Made by a program: the position numbers and the translations under genes. This document shows positions 10,952 to 21,767 of a stretch of 51,403 nucleotides of DNA, piece after piece. A model generated the notes under the pieces. The model ran no database searches, was not told the origin of the DNA, and saw only the letters and a list, made by a program, of their open reading frames with translations. Every line of letters begins with the position of its first letter. Position 1 is the stretch's first letter. Source of the stretch: an uncultured Bacteroidales bacterium (GTDB lineage Bacteria; Bacteroidota; Bacteroidia; Bacteroidales; JACABE01); contig CAIZXK010000034.1 in the NCBI GenBank assembly GCA_903936865.1, forward strand, positions 1-51,403, in the 5' to 3' direction.

Positions 10952-12313
10952 TTAGGCACTCATTCCAACAGCAGATCTTCCCTTAATCCTTCCAGATTTG
11001 GTTAACCCATCGTAATGACGCATTAATAAATGACTTTCAATTTGTTGTAAGGTATCTAATACAACTCCTACTAAAATTAGTAATGAAGTTCCACCATAAA
11101 ATTGTGCAAATTGAGTATTAACTCCAAATAATCTTACAATAGCAGGCATAATAGCAACAAAAGCTAAAAATAAAGAGCCAGGTAAAGTTATTCGTGACAT
11201 AACATCGTCCAAAAATTCGGCTGTTTTCTTACCTGGTTTTACACCAGGAATAAAACCACCATTCTTTTTCATCTCTTCTGCCATCTGATTAGGATTAATT
11301 GTGACTGCAGTATAAAAATATGTAAAAGCTACAATCATTAAAGCAAATACAAAATTATACCAAAATCCATTAAAATCAGAAAAGATGGAAACAAAACCAG
11401 TTAATGATTCTGATGCTGCAAATCCGGCTATTGTAATTGGAATAAACATAATAGCCTGAGCAAAAATAATTGGCATTACTCCAGCTGCATTTACTTTTAA
11501 AGGAATATACTGACGTACACCACCATATTGTTTATTTCCAACTATTCTTTTAGCATACTGAACAGGAATTCTTCGAGTACCTTGAACTAACAAAATACAA
11601 ACAAGAATTACCAAAACCAGGACTACCAATTCAACAAGGAAAATTACCAATCCTCCACCTTGTTCTTCCATTCTGGAAATGAATTCACCAAATAAAGCAA
11701 AAGGTAATCTTGCGATAATACCAATCATAATTAGCATAGAAATACCGTTACCAATACCCTTGTCTGTAATTTTTTCACCCATCCACATTACAAATAGAGT
11801 TCCTGCTATAAGAATTATAGTAGATGAAACCCAAAAGAAAGTAGAAGGAGATAAAACATTAGGATTAAAAGGAGATATTGCTTCAGGTGGCAATTGATGT
11901 ATTAAATTTGCAATATAGCCTGGAGCCTGAAAACCAGTTATTATTACAGTTAAATAACGAGTAATCTGATTGATTTTCTTTCTTCCGCTTTCTCCTTCTT
12001 TTTGCATTTTTTGAAAATAAGGTATTGCCATACCCAATAACTGAACAACAATAGAAGCAGAAATATAAGGCATAATTCCAAGTGCAAAAATTGAAGCATT
12101 TGAAAAAGCACCTCCGGAAAACATATTTAATAAACCTAAAATACCTTCACTGGTTTGACTTTGTAAAGCGCCTAATTGATTTGGATCAACGCCGGGTAAA
12201 ACAACATAAGAGCCAAATCTGTAAATTAATACAATTCCAATCGTATAAAGAATTCTCTTTCGAAGCTCTTCAATCTTGTAGATATTTCTTATTGTCTGTA
12301 TAAATCTTTTCAT
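10952..12313 (-). CDS. secY: Preprotein translocase subunit SecY
   Basis: 453 aa polytopic membrane protein. LGIMPYISASIVVQLL, GRKKINQITRY and IPGVKPGKKTAEFL are SecY blocks. Confidence 0.97.
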   Translation of the reverse strand: MKRFIQTIRNIYKIEELRKRILYTIGIVLIYRFGSYVVLPGVDPNQLGALQSQTSEGILGLLNMFSGGAFSNASIFALGIMPYISASIVVQLLGMAIPYFQKMQKEGESGRKKINQITRYLTVIITGFQAPGYIANLIHQLPPEAISPFNPNVLSPSTFFWVSSTIILIAGTLFVMWMGEKITDKGIGNGISMLIMIGIIARLPFALFGEFISRMEEQGGGLVIFLVELVVLVLVILVCILLVQGTRRIPVQYAKRIVGNKQYGGVRQYIPLKVNAAGVMPIIFAQAIMFIPITIAGFAASESLTGFVSIFSDFNGFWYNFVFALMIVAFTYFYTAVTINPNQMAEEMKKNGGFIPGVKPGKKTAEFLDDVMSRITLPGSLFLAFVAIMPAIVRLFGVNTQFAQFYGGTSLLILVGVVLDTLQQIESHLLMRHYDGLTKSGRIKGRSAVGMSA

Positions 12314-12323
12314 GCAATGTAAA

Positions 12324-12770
12324 TTAAATAGTTGTTGCTACTCCACCATTAGCTTCAATAGCTTTAATAGCTGTTTGAGTAAAAGCATGTGCTTTTACTT
12401 CTAATTTTGCCTTTAATTCGCCTCTGCCCAAAATCTTTACCAAATCATTTTTTGATATTAATCCATTTCCTTTTAAAACATCAATATCAATAACTTGTAA
12501 ATTTTTAGTTTCTGCTAATTTTTGCAATACATCAATATTGATGCCACTATATTCCTTACGATTGAAATTTTTAAATCCAAACTTGGGAACTCTCCTGTAA
12601 ATAGGCATTTGTCCACCTTCAAAACCAAATTTTCGAGAATATCCTGATCTTGACTGTGCTCCTTTGTTACCTCTTGTAGAAGTACCGCCTTTACCAGATC
12701 CTTGACCTCTTCCTATTCTTTTGCATGATTTTACTGAACCTCTTGCCGGTTTAAGATTACTTAAATCCAT
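12324..12770 (-). CDS. rplO: 50S ribosomal protein L15
   Basis: 148 aa. MDLSNLKPARGS...RIGRGQGSGKGGTSTRGNKGAQSRSG...FEGGQMPIYRRVPK. Confidence 0.97.
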   Translation of the reverse strand: MDLSNLKPARGSVKSCKRIGRGQGSGKGGTSTRGNKGAQSRSGYSRKFGFEGGQMPIYRRVPKFGFKNFNRKEYSGINIDVLQKLAETKNLQVIDIDVLKGNGLISKNDLVKILGRGELKAKLEVKAHAFTQTAIKAIEANGGVATTI

Positions 12771-12800
12771 AATATCTTTAAAATTTAAAATAGTTTTTGA

Positions 12801-12980
12801 CTAAATTTCCTCAACTATCAATAAATGTTTAACTTTATTGATCATTCCTTCAACTTGCGGTGTTAATTCTTTTTCAACAACCTGATGCATTTTTTTGATG
12901 CCAAGTGCTACCAAAGTCCGTTTTTGACGTTCTGGTCTGTCAATACCGCTTTTTATTTGTTTTATTTTTACTTTTTTCAT
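12801..12980 (-). CDS. rpmD: 50S ribosomal protein L30 (not in the ORF track; translated by hand)
   Basis: The reverse complement gives MKKVKIKQIKSGIDRPERQKRTLVALGIKKMHQVVEKELTPQVEGMINKVKHLLIVEEI (59 aa, ATG to TAG). It lies between rpsE and rplO as expected. Confidence 0.9.
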   Translation of the reverse strand: MKKVKIKQIKSGIDRPERQKRTLVALGIKKMHQVVEKELTPQVEGMINKVKHLLIVEEI

Positions 12981-13004
12981 TACTTAACAGATTAAAGGTA
13001 TTTA

Positions 13005-13523
13005 TTAACCATTAAAAACTTTGTCTAATTCAATCCCTCTCATTTTTGCAACCATGTAAGGATCTTTTAGTTGAACTAAAGCATTGATAGTAGCCTTAAC
13101 TACACTATGAGGATTAGAAGAACCTTTTGATTTAGCCAAAACATCCTTTACTCCAACACTTTCCAGTACAGCACGCATAGCACCACCAGCTATAACTCCA
13201 GTTCCTGGTGCTGCTGGTTTTAAAAATACTTTTGCACCACTATATTTACCATCTTGTTCGTGAGGTAAAGTTCCTTTTAATACAGAAACCTTAACTAAAT
13301 TCTTTTTAGCATCATCCACTCCTTTTGCAATTGCAGCAGTAACTTCCTTGGCTTTTCCCAAACCGTAACCAACAACTCCATTTTCATTACCAACTACAAC
13401 AATTGCTGAGAAACTAAAAGTTCTACCCCCTTTGGTTACTTTGGTAACTCTATTTATACTAACCAATCTATCTTTAAATTCGATTTCGCTAGATTTTACT
13501 CTCTTTACGTTTATATCTGCCAT
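13005..13523 (-). CDS. rpsE: 30S ribosomal protein S5
   Basis: 172 aa. [39 protein letters not shown]. Confidence 0.97.
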   Translation of the reverse strand: MADINVKRVKSSEIEFKDRLVSINRVTKVTKGGRTFSFSAIVVVGNENGVVGYGLGKAKEVTAAIAKGVDDAKKNLVKVSVLKGTLPHEQDGKYSGAKVFLKPAAPGTGVIAGGAMRAVLESVGVKDVLAKSKGSSNPHSVVKATINALVQLKDPYMVAKMRGIELDKVFNG

Positions 13524-13529
13524 AACATA

Positions 13530-13892
13530 TTAGAATTTTAAACCTCCTTCTCTAGCAGCTTCTGCTAAAGATTTCACTCTACCGTGATATAAATAACCAT
13601 TTCTATCAAAAACAACAGTATTGATACCTGCTTCTAAGGCTCTTTCTGCTATTACTTGCCCAATAATTTTAGATTTTTCCAATTTTGCTACCTTTGTATT
13701 AGCAAATGATTTCTCCATTGTTGATGCAGCGGCTATTGTTTTTCCACATGAATCATCAATAATCTGGGCATAGATTTCTTTATTACTTCTAAAAACAGAC
13801 AATCTTGGTCTTTCTGAAGTACCGAGAATCACTTTTCTGATTCTTTTCTTGATACGAAATCTTCTGAATTCTTTTCTATTCTTTAGTGCCAT
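13530..13892 (-). CDS. rplR: 50S ribosomal protein L18
   Basis: 120 aa. [20 protein letters not shown]...[28 protein letters not shown]. Confidence 0.97.
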   Translation of the reverse strand: MALKNRKEFRRFRIKKRIRKVILGTSERPRLSVFRSNKEIYAQIIDDSCGKTIAAASTMEKSFANTKVAKLEKSKIIGQVIAERALEAGINTVVFDRNGYLYHGRVKSLAEAAREGGLKF

Positions 13893-13919
13893 CCTATTAG
13901 GATTTTATTAAATTAATTA

Positions 13920-14483
13920 TTATTTACTTGATGCAGCTTTACCAGCTTTCTTTCTAACAACTTCACCCATAAATCTAATACCTTTTCCTTTATATGGTTC
14001 AGGTTTTCTTAATGAACGAATTTTTGAAGATACTTGACCTAACAATTGCTTATCAAATGATTTTAATATAATTGTTGGATTTTTCCCTCTTTCTGCTGTT
14101 GTTTCAACTGTAACTTCACTTGGTAATTCCATGAAAATATTATGGGAATAACCTAATGCAAGTTCTAATAATTGACCATTAGCTTGTGCTTTGTATCCTA
14201 CACCTATTATTTCCTGTACGGAAGTATAACCTTCAGAAACACCTTTAACCATATTAAAGATTAATGATCTGTATAAACCATGTAATGCTCTGTGACGGTT
14301 TTGATCTGTAGGTCTTTCTACAGTTATTATGTTTTCTTCATTGTTTACGTTTACCTTTATTGCCGGATCAACAGTCTGAACCAATGTACCTAAAGTTCCT
14401 TTAACAGATATTACATTTTGTTCTGAAATATTAATTTCTACGCCTTTTGGCAATTGAATTGGTAATTTCCCTATTCTTGACAT
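13920..14483 (-). CDS. rplF: 50S ribosomal protein L6
   Basis: 187 aa. MSRIGKLPIQLPKGVEI...GVGYKA...PEPYKGKGIR. Confidence 0.97.
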   Translation of the reverse strand: MSRIGKLPIQLPKGVEINISEQNVISVKGTLGTLVQTVDPAIKVNVNNEENIITVERPTDQNRHRALHGLYRSLIFNMVKGVSEGYTSVQEIIGVGYKAQANGQLLELALGYSHNIFMELPSEVTVETTAERGKNPTIILKSFDKQLLGQVSSKIRSLRKPEPYKGKGIRFMGEVVRKKAGKAASSK

Positions 14484-14499
14484 TTTTATTTCTCCTCAA

Positions 14500-14898
14500 T
14501 TAGCTTATATAACATAAAACTTCGCCACCAATATTCTTGGTTCTGGCCTCTTTATCTGTCATCACTCCGTGTGATGTGGAAAGTATCGCAATACCTAAAC
14601 CATTCATAACTCTTGGTAAATTATCAGCACCAACGTATTTTCTCAAACCTGGACTACTAACTCTGTTGAGTTTGTTAATAGCTGAAGTTTTACTTATAGG
14701 ATGATATTTTAAAGCTATTTTAATAGTATATGGAAGAGCTTCATCTTCAAATTTGTAATTTAGGATGTATCCTTTATCAAATAAGATTTTGGTAAGTTCT
14801 TTTTTAAGCTTTGATGAAGGTATTTCAACAACCCTGTGTTTTGCCATCACGGCATTTCTGATTCTTGTTAAGAAATCTGCAATAGGATCAGTGACCAT
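14500..14898 (-). CDS. rpsH: 30S ribosomal protein S8
   Basis: 132 aa. [13 protein letters not shown]...[31 protein letters not shown]. Confidence 0.97.
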   Translation of the reverse strand: MVTDPIADFLTRIRNAVMAKHRVVEIPSSKLKKELTKILFDKGYILNYKFEDEALPYTIKIALKYHPISKTSAINKLNRVSSPGLRKYVGADNLPRVMNGLGIAILSTSHGVMTDKEARTKNIGGEVLCYIS

Positions 14899-14936
14899 TT
14901 TTATATATATTTAATTGTTACTTTTAAAAAAATTAA

Positions 14937-15206
14937 TTACCAACTAGCTTTTGTTATTCCCGGAATTAAACCAGCCAAAGCCATTTCTCTGAAATTGATA
15001 CGAGATACTCCAAATTGACGCATATAACCTTTAGGTCTGCCAGTTAGCTGACATCTGTTATGCAAACGTACTGGTGAAGCATTTTTTGGCAATTTTTGTA
15101 AACCTATATAATCTCCAGCTTCTTTAAGAGCAGCTCTTTTAGCAGCGTATTTTGCAACTAATTTCTGCCTTTTTACTTCTTTTGCTTTTATTGACTCTTT
15201 TGCCAT
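14937..15206 (-). CDS. rpsN: 30S ribosomal protein S14 (long, non-zinc-ribbon form)
   Basis: 89 aa. [28 protein letters not shown]...KASW. There is only one Cys, so it is not the CxxC...CxxC short form. Confidence 0.96.
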   Translation of the reverse strand: MAKESIKAKEVKRQKLVAKYAAKRAALKEAGDYIGLQKLPKNASPVRLHNRCQLTGRPKGYMRQFGVSRINFREMALAGLIPGITKASW

Positions 15207-15207
15207 G

Positions 15208-15771
15208 TTATTGTTGTTTATTTTGATTTTTAAAAGGTAATCCGAATTCTTTTAACAGAGCTAAAGCTTCTTTATCATTGGTAGCTGTAGTTACAAATGT
15301 AATATCCATACCGCTGATTTTGCTTAATTTATCTATATTTATTTCAGGGAAAATTAATTGTTCGGTAATTCCGAAAGTATAATTTCCTTTTCCGTCAAAT
15401 CCTTTATCGTTAATACCTCTAAAGTCTCTGATACGTGGTATAGATACAGAAATCAACCTGTCTAAAAATTCATACATCCTATCGCCTCTTAATGTCACTC
15501 TTACACCAACTGGCATACCTTTACGCAACTTAAAGTTAGATATATCCTTACGTGATTTTGTTGCAACTGCTTTTTGACCTGCAATCATTGTCATTTCTTC
15601 AATACCGTTATCAATTTGTTTTTTATCGGTAATTGCGGATCCAATTCCTTGATTTAAAGAAATTTTAACTAAACGAGGAACCTGCATAGAAGATTTATAT
15701 TGAAATTCTTTCATTAAAGCAGGAACAACTTCTTCGCTATATTTGTTTTTTAATCTGGCTGTATAACTCAT
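15208..15771 (-). CDS. rplE: 50S ribosomal protein L5
   Basis: 187 aa. [14 protein letters not shown]...[23 protein letters not shown]...RDFRG. Its ATG overlaps the rplX stop (TAATG). Confidence 0.97.
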   Translation of the reverse strand: MSYTARLKNKYSEEVVPALMKEFQYKSSMQVPRLVKISLNQGIGSAITDKKQIDNGIEEMTMIAGQKAVATKSRKDISNFKLRKGMPVGVRVTLRGDRMYEFLDRLISVSIPRIRDFRGINDKGFDGKGNYTFGITEQLIFPEINIDKLSKISGMDITFVTTATNDKEALALLKEFGLPFKNQNKQQ

Positions 15772-16094
15772 TACTTAATTACCTCCCCTGATTTTTTTGA
15801 ATAACGAACTAATTTATCTGTTTTAGCATCCAGCTTTCTTCCGATTTTAGTTGCATTACCCTTTGAATCAACTACCATAAGATTTGAAATATGAACCGGA
15901 GCTTCTTGTTTTACGATACCGCCCTGGGTATTTTTTGCATTTGGCTTGGTATGCTTTGTTACCAAATTAATTCCTTCAACAATTGCTGTATAATCCTTAG
16001 TTTCAACGATAAGAACTTTACCTTGCATTCCTTTGGAATTACCGGCTATTACCTTCACGGAATCACCCTTTTTTATATGTAATTTAGGTTGCAT
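15771..16094 (-). CDS. rplX: 50S ribosomal protein L24
   Basis: 107 aa. [25 protein letters not shown] (KOW motif). Confidence 0.96.
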   Translation of the reverse strand: MQPKLHIKKGDSVKVIAGNSKGMQGKVLIVETKDYTAIVEGINLVTKHTKPNAKNTQGGIVKQEAPVHISNLMVVDSKGNATKIGRKLDAKTDKLVRYSKKSGEVIK

Positions 16095-16112
16095 ATACTT
16101 TTTTTTTTTACA

Positions 16113-16481
16113 TTAAAGCACTTCAGGTGCTAATGAAACTATTTTCATAAACTGTTTTTCTCTCAATTCTCTGGCAACAGGTCCAAAAATACGAGTGCCT
16201 CTAAGTTCTTCTGTAGCAGTCAATAATACAACTGCATTATCATCGAATCTAATATAAGAACCATCGCTTCTTCTTACTTCCTTTTTTGTTCTAACAACCA
16301 CAGCTTTTGAAACTGTGCCTTTCTTTACGTTGCCAGATGGTAATGCATCTTTAATGGTAACAATGATTTTATCACCAACTGAAGCATATCTTTTTCTGGT
16401 GCCTCCCAGTACTCTGATACACAAGGCGCTCTTAGCTCCACTGTTATCAGCAACAATCAATCTCGATTCTTGTTGTATCAT
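16113..16481 (-). CDS. rplN: 50S ribosomal protein L14
   Basis: 122 aa. [17 protein letters not shown]...[10 protein letters not shown]...[12 protein letters not shown]. Confidence 0.97.
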   Translation of the reverse strand: MIQQESRLIVADNSGAKSALCIRVLGGTRKRYASVGDKIIVTIKDALPSGNVKKGTVSKAVVVRTKKEVRRSDGSYIRFDDNAVVLLTATEELRGTRIFGPVARELREKQFMKIVSLAPEVL

Positions 16482-16484
16482 AAC

Positions 16485-16742
16485 TTATTTTGCTCTTTCA
16501 ATTATTTCAACTAATCTCCAACATTTATTTTTGCTCATTGGTCTTGTTTCCATGATTTTAACGGTATCACCTTCGTTACATTCGTTTTTCTCATCGTGAG
16601 CCATAAATTTGGAAGTCTTTTTCACAAACTTTCCGTATTTTGGATGTTTTACTTTTCTTTCGATAACAACAGAAATAGATTTATCCATTTTATTGCTAAC
16701 GACTAGACCGGTTCTTTCTTTTCTTAATGATCTGGTTTCCAT
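16485..16742 (-). CDS. rpsQ: 30S ribosomal protein S17
   Basis: The ORF-track frame is 16485-16784, but its start is a TTG that overlaps rpmC. The ATG at 16742 ([25 protein letters not shown]...) gives an 85-aa S17 beginning 28 nt after the rpmC stop. Confidence 0.93.
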   Translation of the reverse strand: METRSLRKERTGLVVSNKMDKSISVVIERKVKHPKYGKFVKKTSKFMAHDEKNECNEGDTVKIMETRPMSKNKCWRLVEIIERAK

Positions 16743-16770
16743 CTTATTTAAGATTTCTATTTGTAAAATA

Positions 16771-16980
16771 TTACGCTTTTGCAATTATTTCTTCCAATTC
16801 TCTTTTTCTGAGTTCTGTTAAAATCCTTGCAATCGATTTACGATATTGCCCAATTACATTTGGATTTTCCAAAGGAGAAACAGCGTGATTCATTTTTAAT
16901 TTAGAAAGTTGATTTCTTTCTTCGTCTAATCTTTCTTTCAATTCCTGAGTAGAAAGTTCTTTGATTACTTCTTGTTTCAT
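16771..16980 (-). CDS. rpmC: 50S ribosomal protein L29
   Basis: 69 aa. [48 protein letters not shown]. Confidence 0.95.
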   Translation of the reverse strand: MKQEVIKELSTQELKERLDEERNQLSKLKMNHAVSPLENPNVIGQYRKSIARILTELRKRELEEIIAKA

Positions 16981-16988
16981 TACTTTGC

Positions 16989-17417
16989 TTATATTGATTC
17001 TTCAACAAAATCTCTTCTTACTACTAATTTTGTGCTAATTGGTAACTTTTGTGCTGCTAGTCTTAAAGCTTCTTTTGCTATTTCAAAGGAAACGCCTTCT
17101 GCTTCAAATAAAATTCTGCCTGGAGTTACTCTTGCAACAAAATATTCCGGTGCACCTTTACCTTTACCCATACGAACTTCTGCAGGTTTCTTAGTAATTG
17201 GCTTATCTGGAAATACTCTGATCCAAATCTGTCCTTCACGTTTCATGTAACGGGTTACTGCTTGACGTGCTGCTTCGATTTGTCTTCCTGTTAGTAAACA
17301 TTCTTCCAATGCCTTAATACCGAATGATCCGAATGCAAGTTGACTTCCGCGTTTTGCGTTGCCTTTCATCTTGCCTTTCTGCATTTTCCTGTATTTGGTC
17401 TTTTTTGGCTGTAACAT
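16989..17417 (-). CDS. rplP: 50S ribosomal protein L16
   Basis: 142 aa. [15 protein letters not shown]...[24 protein letters not shown]. Confidence 0.97.
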   Translation of the reverse strand: MLQPKKTKYRKMQKGKMKGNAKRGSQLAFGSFGIKALEECLLTGRQIEAARQAVTRYMKREGQIWIRVFPDKPITKKPAEVRMGKGKGAPEYFVARVTPGRILFEAEGVSFEIAKEALRLAAQKLPISTKLVVRRDFVEESI

Positions 17418-17461
17418 TGCTATTTATTATTATAGTGATTACTTTTTTAACGATAATTATA

Positions 17462-18184
17462 TTATCTTCTTTTTCTATTGTTAGGTCTTTGTCTTTGATT
17501 GCTCTGAGAAGATGGTTTGTTATCCTTAGTTCCTGTTGTTGTAGGAACTAATTCTCTTTTACCATATACCATCCCTTTACAAATCCATACTTTTACACCT
17601 ATACGACCATAAGTAGTATGAGCTTCTGCCAAGGCATAATCAATATCGGCTCTTAATGTATGTAATGGAGTACGACCTTCTTTATATTGTTCGCGTCTTG
17701 CCATTTCAGCACCACCTATTCTACCGGAAATTAGTACTTTTATACCCTCAGCACCTATCCTCATCGAAGATGCGATTGCTGTTTTTATAGCTCTTCTGTA
17801 GGATACTCTACCTTCAATTTGTTTTGCAATTGTTGCTGAAACAATGATAGCATCTAACTCAGGACGTTTAATTTCAGATATATTGATTTGAACTTCTTTG
17901 TTGGTAAGTTTTTTTAATTCTTCTTTTAACTTGTCAACTTCCTGACCACCTTTACCAATTATTAGACCTGGGCGAGCAGTATTAATAGTTACAGTAACCA
18001 ATTTTAAAGTACGTTCGATATTTATTCTCGCAATGCCTGCTTTAGCTAAACGTGCATTTAAGTACTGTCTTATCTTGTTGTCCTCGATAAGCTTTGGTGC
18101 AAAGTTTTTTCCGCCATACCAATTAGAATCCCAACCTCTGATGATACCTAATCTGCTGCCTATAGGATTTACTTTTTGTCCCAT
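17462..18184 (-). CDS. rpsC: 30S ribosomal protein S3, with basic Q/N/R-rich C-terminal tail
   Basis: 240 aa. [23 protein letters not shown]...[29 protein letters not shown]. Confidence 0.97.
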   Translation of the reverse strand: MGQKVNPIGSRLGIIRGWDSNWYGGKNFAPKLIEDNKIRQYLNARLAKAGIARINIERTLKLVTVTINTARPGLIIGKGGQEVDKLKEELKKLTNKEVQINISEIKRPELDAIIVSATIAKQIEGRVSYRRAIKTAIASSMRIGAEGIKVLISGRIGGAEMARREQYKEGRTPLHTLRADIDYALAEAHTTYGRIGVKVWICKGMVYGKRELVPTTTGTKDNKPSSQSNQRQRPNNRKRR

Positions 18185-18215
18185 TTATTCTTGTTTAATG
18201 TGTTTTTACTATTAA

Positions 18216-18638
18216 TTATTTATTTTCCAATGTTTCAGCAACATTAATTCTGCTATCAATAATCATTGTAATATGACTCGAGCGTTTTCTAATACGATGA
18301 GCTCTTCCCTGTGGTGCCGTTCTGATTCTTTTCAGTTGTCTGCCACCATCAACAAAAACTTCTTTTACAAATAGATTACTGTCTTCAATTCTAATACCTT
18401 CATTTTTACTTTGCCAGTTAGCAATTGCTGAAAGCAATAATTTGCGTAATTTTATGGCAGATTCTTTAGAACTGAATTGTAATATGTGTAAAGCTTTTTC
18501 CACATTTACGCCACGGATTAAATCAGCCATTAATCTGGTTTTCCTTGGTGAGGAAGGATTATTGGTTAATTTGGCAAAATATAAAGATTTTTTTGCTTCT
18601 TTTTCCTGTTCTGCTTTGATATGTTTCCTTGATCCCAT
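18216..18638 (-). CDS. rplV: 50S ribosomal protein L22
   Basis: 140 aa. SPRKTRLMADLIRG..V.KAL.IL.FS.K..A......L.SAIAN...VDGG..LKRIRTAPQGRAHRIRKRSSHIT. Confidence 0.96.
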   Translation of the reverse strand: MGSRKHIKAEQEKEAKKSLYFAKLTNNPSSPRKTRLMADLIRGVNVEKALHILQFSSKESAIKLRKLLLSAIANWQSKNEGIRIEDSNLFVKEVFVDGGRQLKRIRTAPQGRAHRIRKRSSHITMIIDSRINVAETLENK

Positions 18639-18651
18639 TTCTGTAGATTAT

Positions 18652-18930
18652 TTATTTTTTGCCTTTGTCCTTATTACCAGCATGACCTCTGAAAGTTCTT
18701 GTTGGAGCGAATTCGCCTAATTTGTGACCAACCATGTTTTCGGTAACATATACAGGAATAAACTTATTCCCATTATGTACTGCTATTGTTTGTCCTACAA
18801 AGTCAGGTGAAATCATTGAGGCTCTTGACCATGTCTTTATTGCTACCTTTTTATTTTTTTCGATAGCATCAAGAACCTTTTTCTCTAACTTATACTCTAT
18901 ATAAGGACCTTTTTTTAATGAACGACTCAT
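18652..18930 (-). CDS. rpsS: 30S ribosomal protein S19
   Basis: 92 aa. [11 protein letters not shown]...[50 protein letters not shown]. Confidence 0.97.
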   Translation of the reverse strand: MSRSLKKGPYIEYKLEKKVLDAIEKNKKVAIKTWSRASMISPDFVGQTIAVHNGNKFIPVYVTENMVGHKLGEFAPTRTFRGHAGNKDKGKK

Positions 18931-18953
18931 AGTAAAGTGTTTTTAAATCTTGA

Positions 18954-19778
18954 TTATTTCTTTCTTGAAACGATTATATATTTGTTAGAATCTTTTTTCT
19001 TAGATCTTGTCTTGTAACCTTTAGCTGGCATACTATTTCTTGATCTAGGATGACCTCCTGAAGAACGGCCTTCACCTCCACCCATTGGGTGATCTACAGG
19101 ATTCATTACTACACCTCTAACCCTTGGTCTGCGACCCTGCCAACGACTTCTTCCAGCTTTACCTGACACTTCAAGGCTATGATCAATATTTGAAACCATG
19201 CCTATAGTAGCTTTACAGCTTTGTAAAATCATACGTGTTTCTCCGGATGGCATTTTTACAATTGCATATTTTTCGTCTCTTGACATTAATTGCCCATAAG
19301 CTCCTGCACTACGGCTAAGCTTTGCACCTTGTCCGGGTTTTAACTCTAGATTATGAATTATAGTTCCAAAAGGAATTTCACTCAAAAACAAAGTATTACC
19401 TATTTCAGGTGTAGCACCTTTACCAGATATAACTTGTTGCCCAACTTTTAATCCATGAGGAGCAATTATATATCGTTTTTCGCCATCGGCATAAAATAAT
19501 AATGCAATACGTGCAGTTCTGTTTGGATCGTATTCGATAGTTTTAACAGTTGCAGGAATATTATCTTTATCTCGTTTAAAATCTATTAATCTATAAGCTT
19601 GTTTATGACCACCGCCCATATAACGCATTGTCATTTTACCTGTATTGTTACGTCCTCCACTTCTTTTCTTTGGAGATAATAAACTTTTCTCAGGAATATC
19701 GGTAGTTATTTCGTCAAAAGCGCTAATAATTTTAAAACGCTGACCTGGTGTTGTTGGTTTAAATTTTCTAAGAGCCAT
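18954..19778 (-). CDS. rplB: 50S ribosomal protein L2
   Basis: 274 aa. [15 protein letters not shown]...GRNN.G..T.R..GGGHKQ.YR.IDFKR...[18 protein letters not shown]. Confidence 0.98.
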   Translation of the reverse strand: MALRKFKPTTPGQRFKIISAFDEITTDIPEKSLLSPKKRSGGRNNTGKMTMRYMGGGHKQAYRLIDFKRDKDNIPATVKTIEYDPNRTARIALLFYADGEKRYIIAPHGLKVGQQVISGKGATPEIGNTLFLSEIPFGTIIHNLELKPGQGAKLSRSAGAYGQLMSRDEKYAIVKMPSGETRMILQSCKATIGMVSNIDHSLEVSGKAGRSRWQGRRPRVRGVVMNPVDHPMGGGEGRSSGGHPRSRNSMPAKGYKTRSKKKDSNKYIIVSRKK

Positions 19779-19787
19779 TTCTTTACT

Positions 19788-20081
19788 TTATATATTGCTA
19801 TAAAAATCAATTGTTTCCCCTGCAGCTAATGTTACTATAGCTTTTTTGAAGGTGCTGCTTTTCCCGTTAATAAAACCGGCTTTTGTATAACGCGATTTTG
19901 CTTTACCAGAATAAATCATTGTGTTGATGACATCAACTTTAACACCATACAAGCTTTCAACTGCTTTCTTTATTTCAATTTTATTTGCCTTCCTGTTGAC
20001 TATAAACCCAAAGCGATTTGTCATTTTTTCGCTTACGCTTGTCATTTTCTCAGTTATTAGTGGCTTTATAATAATGCTCAT
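19788..20081 (-). CDS. rplW: 50S ribosomal protein L23
   Basis: 97 aa. IIKPLITEKMT...FIVNRKANKIEIKKAVESLYGVKV..INTM. It lies between rplD and rplB. Confidence 0.95.
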   Translation of the reverse strand: MSIIIKPLITEKMTSVSEKMTNRFGFIVNRKANKIEIKKAVESLYGVKVDVINTMIYSGKAKSRYTKAGFINGKSSTFKKAIVTLAAGETIDFYSNI

Positions 20082-20117
20082 TTTGTATTAGCTGTTATGT
20101 TTTTTCTATTAAAATTT

Positions 20118-20750
20118 TTAAACTTCGCTTTGAATTTTGTTAAATTCTATAATCGAACTTTCTAAAAACATGATATTATTTGCATTCAATATATCGTAAG
20201 TATTTAAATCTGTTATATTTACGACTTTTACTCTACCCAGATTACGGGAGGACAAATATACGCTTTTATTTGATTCAAAAAGCACTAATAATGTTTTTTT
20301 ATCAAAAATTTTCAAATTATTTAAAATTTCAATGAAATTTTTAGTTTTTGGAGCTTCAAAAGCAAAATCTTCTATAACTAAGATATTGTTTTCCTTAGCT
20401 TTATAACTTATAGCAGATTTTCTAGCTAATCTCTTTAATTTTTTATTTAATTTGAATCTGTAATCTCTTGGTCTTGGACCAAAAACTCTACCACCACCTA
20501 CAAAAAGTGGTGAGTTGATATCACCTGAACGTGCTCCGCCAGTACCTTTTTGTTTCTTTAGTTTTTTGGTACTTCCTGATACTTCTGATCTTTCTTTTGA
20601 TTTATGAGTACCTTGACGTTGATTTGCCAAATACTGTTTAACATCAAGATAGATTGCATGATCATTTGGTTCAATACCAAAAACAGAATCATTTAACTGA
20701 ACCGATCTATCGGTCTTGTTACCGCTTGTGTTATATACTACTAACTCCAT
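20118..20750 (-). CDS. rplD: 50S ribosomal protein L4
   Basis: 210 aa. [53 protein letters not shown]. Its start overlaps the rplC 3' end by 10 nt. Confidence 0.96.
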   Translation of the reverse strand: MELVVYNTSGNKTDRSVQLNDSVFGIEPNDHAIYLDVKQYLANQRQGTHKSKERSEVSGSTKKLKKQKGTGGARSGDINSPLFVGGGRVFGPRPRDYRFKLNKKLKRLARKSAISYKAKENNILVIEDFAFEAPKTKNFIEILNNLKIFDKKTLLVLFESNKSVYLSSRNLGRVKVVNITDLNTYDILNANNIMFLESSIIEFNKIQSEV

Positions 20751-21370
20751 CTTTCAATAATTACATATGAACCCTTTGGACCAGGAACTGATCCTTTAAC
20801 TAAAATTAAATTCTTTTCTAAAATGATTTTTACTACTTGTAGGTTAATCATTTTACGACGATTTCCGCCTGTTCTTCCAGCCATGCGTAAGCCTTTGAAT
20901 ACTCTTGATGGCCATGAGGATGCACCTACAGAGCCTGGAGCTCTCAATCTATCATGCTGTCCATGTGTGGCATCACCTACTCCACGGAATCCATGTCTTT
21001 TTACTACACCTTGAAAACCTTTTCCTTTTGTAGTTCCAACAACATCTATATATTCACCTTCTATGAATATATCAGCTAATAAAACATCACCAAATTGCTT
21101 TTGATGTCCTGCTTCAAAACGAGTAAACTCATAAACAAACTTTTTTGGAGTTGTTCCTGCTTTTTTGAAGTGACCTTTCAAAGCATTGGTAGTATGCTTT
21201 TCTTTCTTTTCATCAAAAGAAATCTGAATGGCTTCATAACCATCAGTCTCTTTTGTTTTTACTTGCGTTACTACGCAAGGACCAGCTTCTATAACCGTGC
21301 ATGGGATATTTTTCCCAGCGGCATCGTATATGCTCGTCATTCCGATTTTTCTTCCAATTAATCCTGACAT
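20741..21370 (-). CDS. rplC: 50S ribosomal protein L3
   Basis: 209 aa. [16 protein letters not shown]...[16 protein letters not shown]...THG.HDR.RAPGS.GASS.PSRVFKG.RMAGR.G. Confidence 0.97.
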   Translation of the reverse strand: MSGLIGRKIGMTSIYDAAGKNIPCTVIEAGPCVVTQVKTKETDGYEAIQISFDEKKEKHTTNALKGHFKKAGTTPKKFVYEFTRFEAGHQKQFGDVLLADIFIEGEYIDVVGTTKGKGFQGVVKRHGFRGVGDATHGQHDRLRAPGSVGASSWPSRVFKGLRMAGRTGGNRRKMINLQVVKIILEKNLILVKGSVPGPKGSYVIIERWS

Positions 21371-21422
21371 TGTACTTTGTTTTTTTTCTTTCTAAATTTA
21401 CAGTTATTATCTACAAAAAAAA

Positions 21423-21728
21423 TTATACTTTAATTTCAACTTCTACACCACTTGGTAATTCAAGTTTCATTAATGCATCAATTGTTTTTGATGTAGTACT
21501 GTAAATATCCAGTAATCTCTTATAAGAACACAACTGGAATTGTTCACGTGATTTTTTGTTTACGAATGTTGAACGTAATACAGTATAAATCTTTTTATTA
21601 GTAGGCAATGGAATTGGACCATTAACTACAGCACCTGTTGACTTTACAGTCTTTACAATTTTCTCAGCTGATTTATCAACTAAATTGTAATCGTAGGACT
21701 TTAACTTTATTCTGATTCTTTGATTCAC
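21423..21728 (-). CDS. rpsJ: 30S ribosomal protein S10 (GTG start)
   Basis: 101 aa. [21 protein letters not shown]...GPIPLPT...YTVLRS.FV.KKSREQF....YKRLLDI. The start codon at 21726-21728 reads GTG on the minus strand, and there is no in-frame upstream ATG in the ORF. Confidence 0.95.
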   Translation of the reverse strand: MNQRIRIKLKSYDYNLVDKSAEKIVKTVKSTGAVVNGPIPLPTNKKIYTVLRSTFVNKKSREQFQLCSYKRLLDIYSTTSKTIDALMKLELPSGVEVEIKV

Positions 21729-21767
21729 TTTAATTATTAATTTAAAATTAATATACTATATATGTTG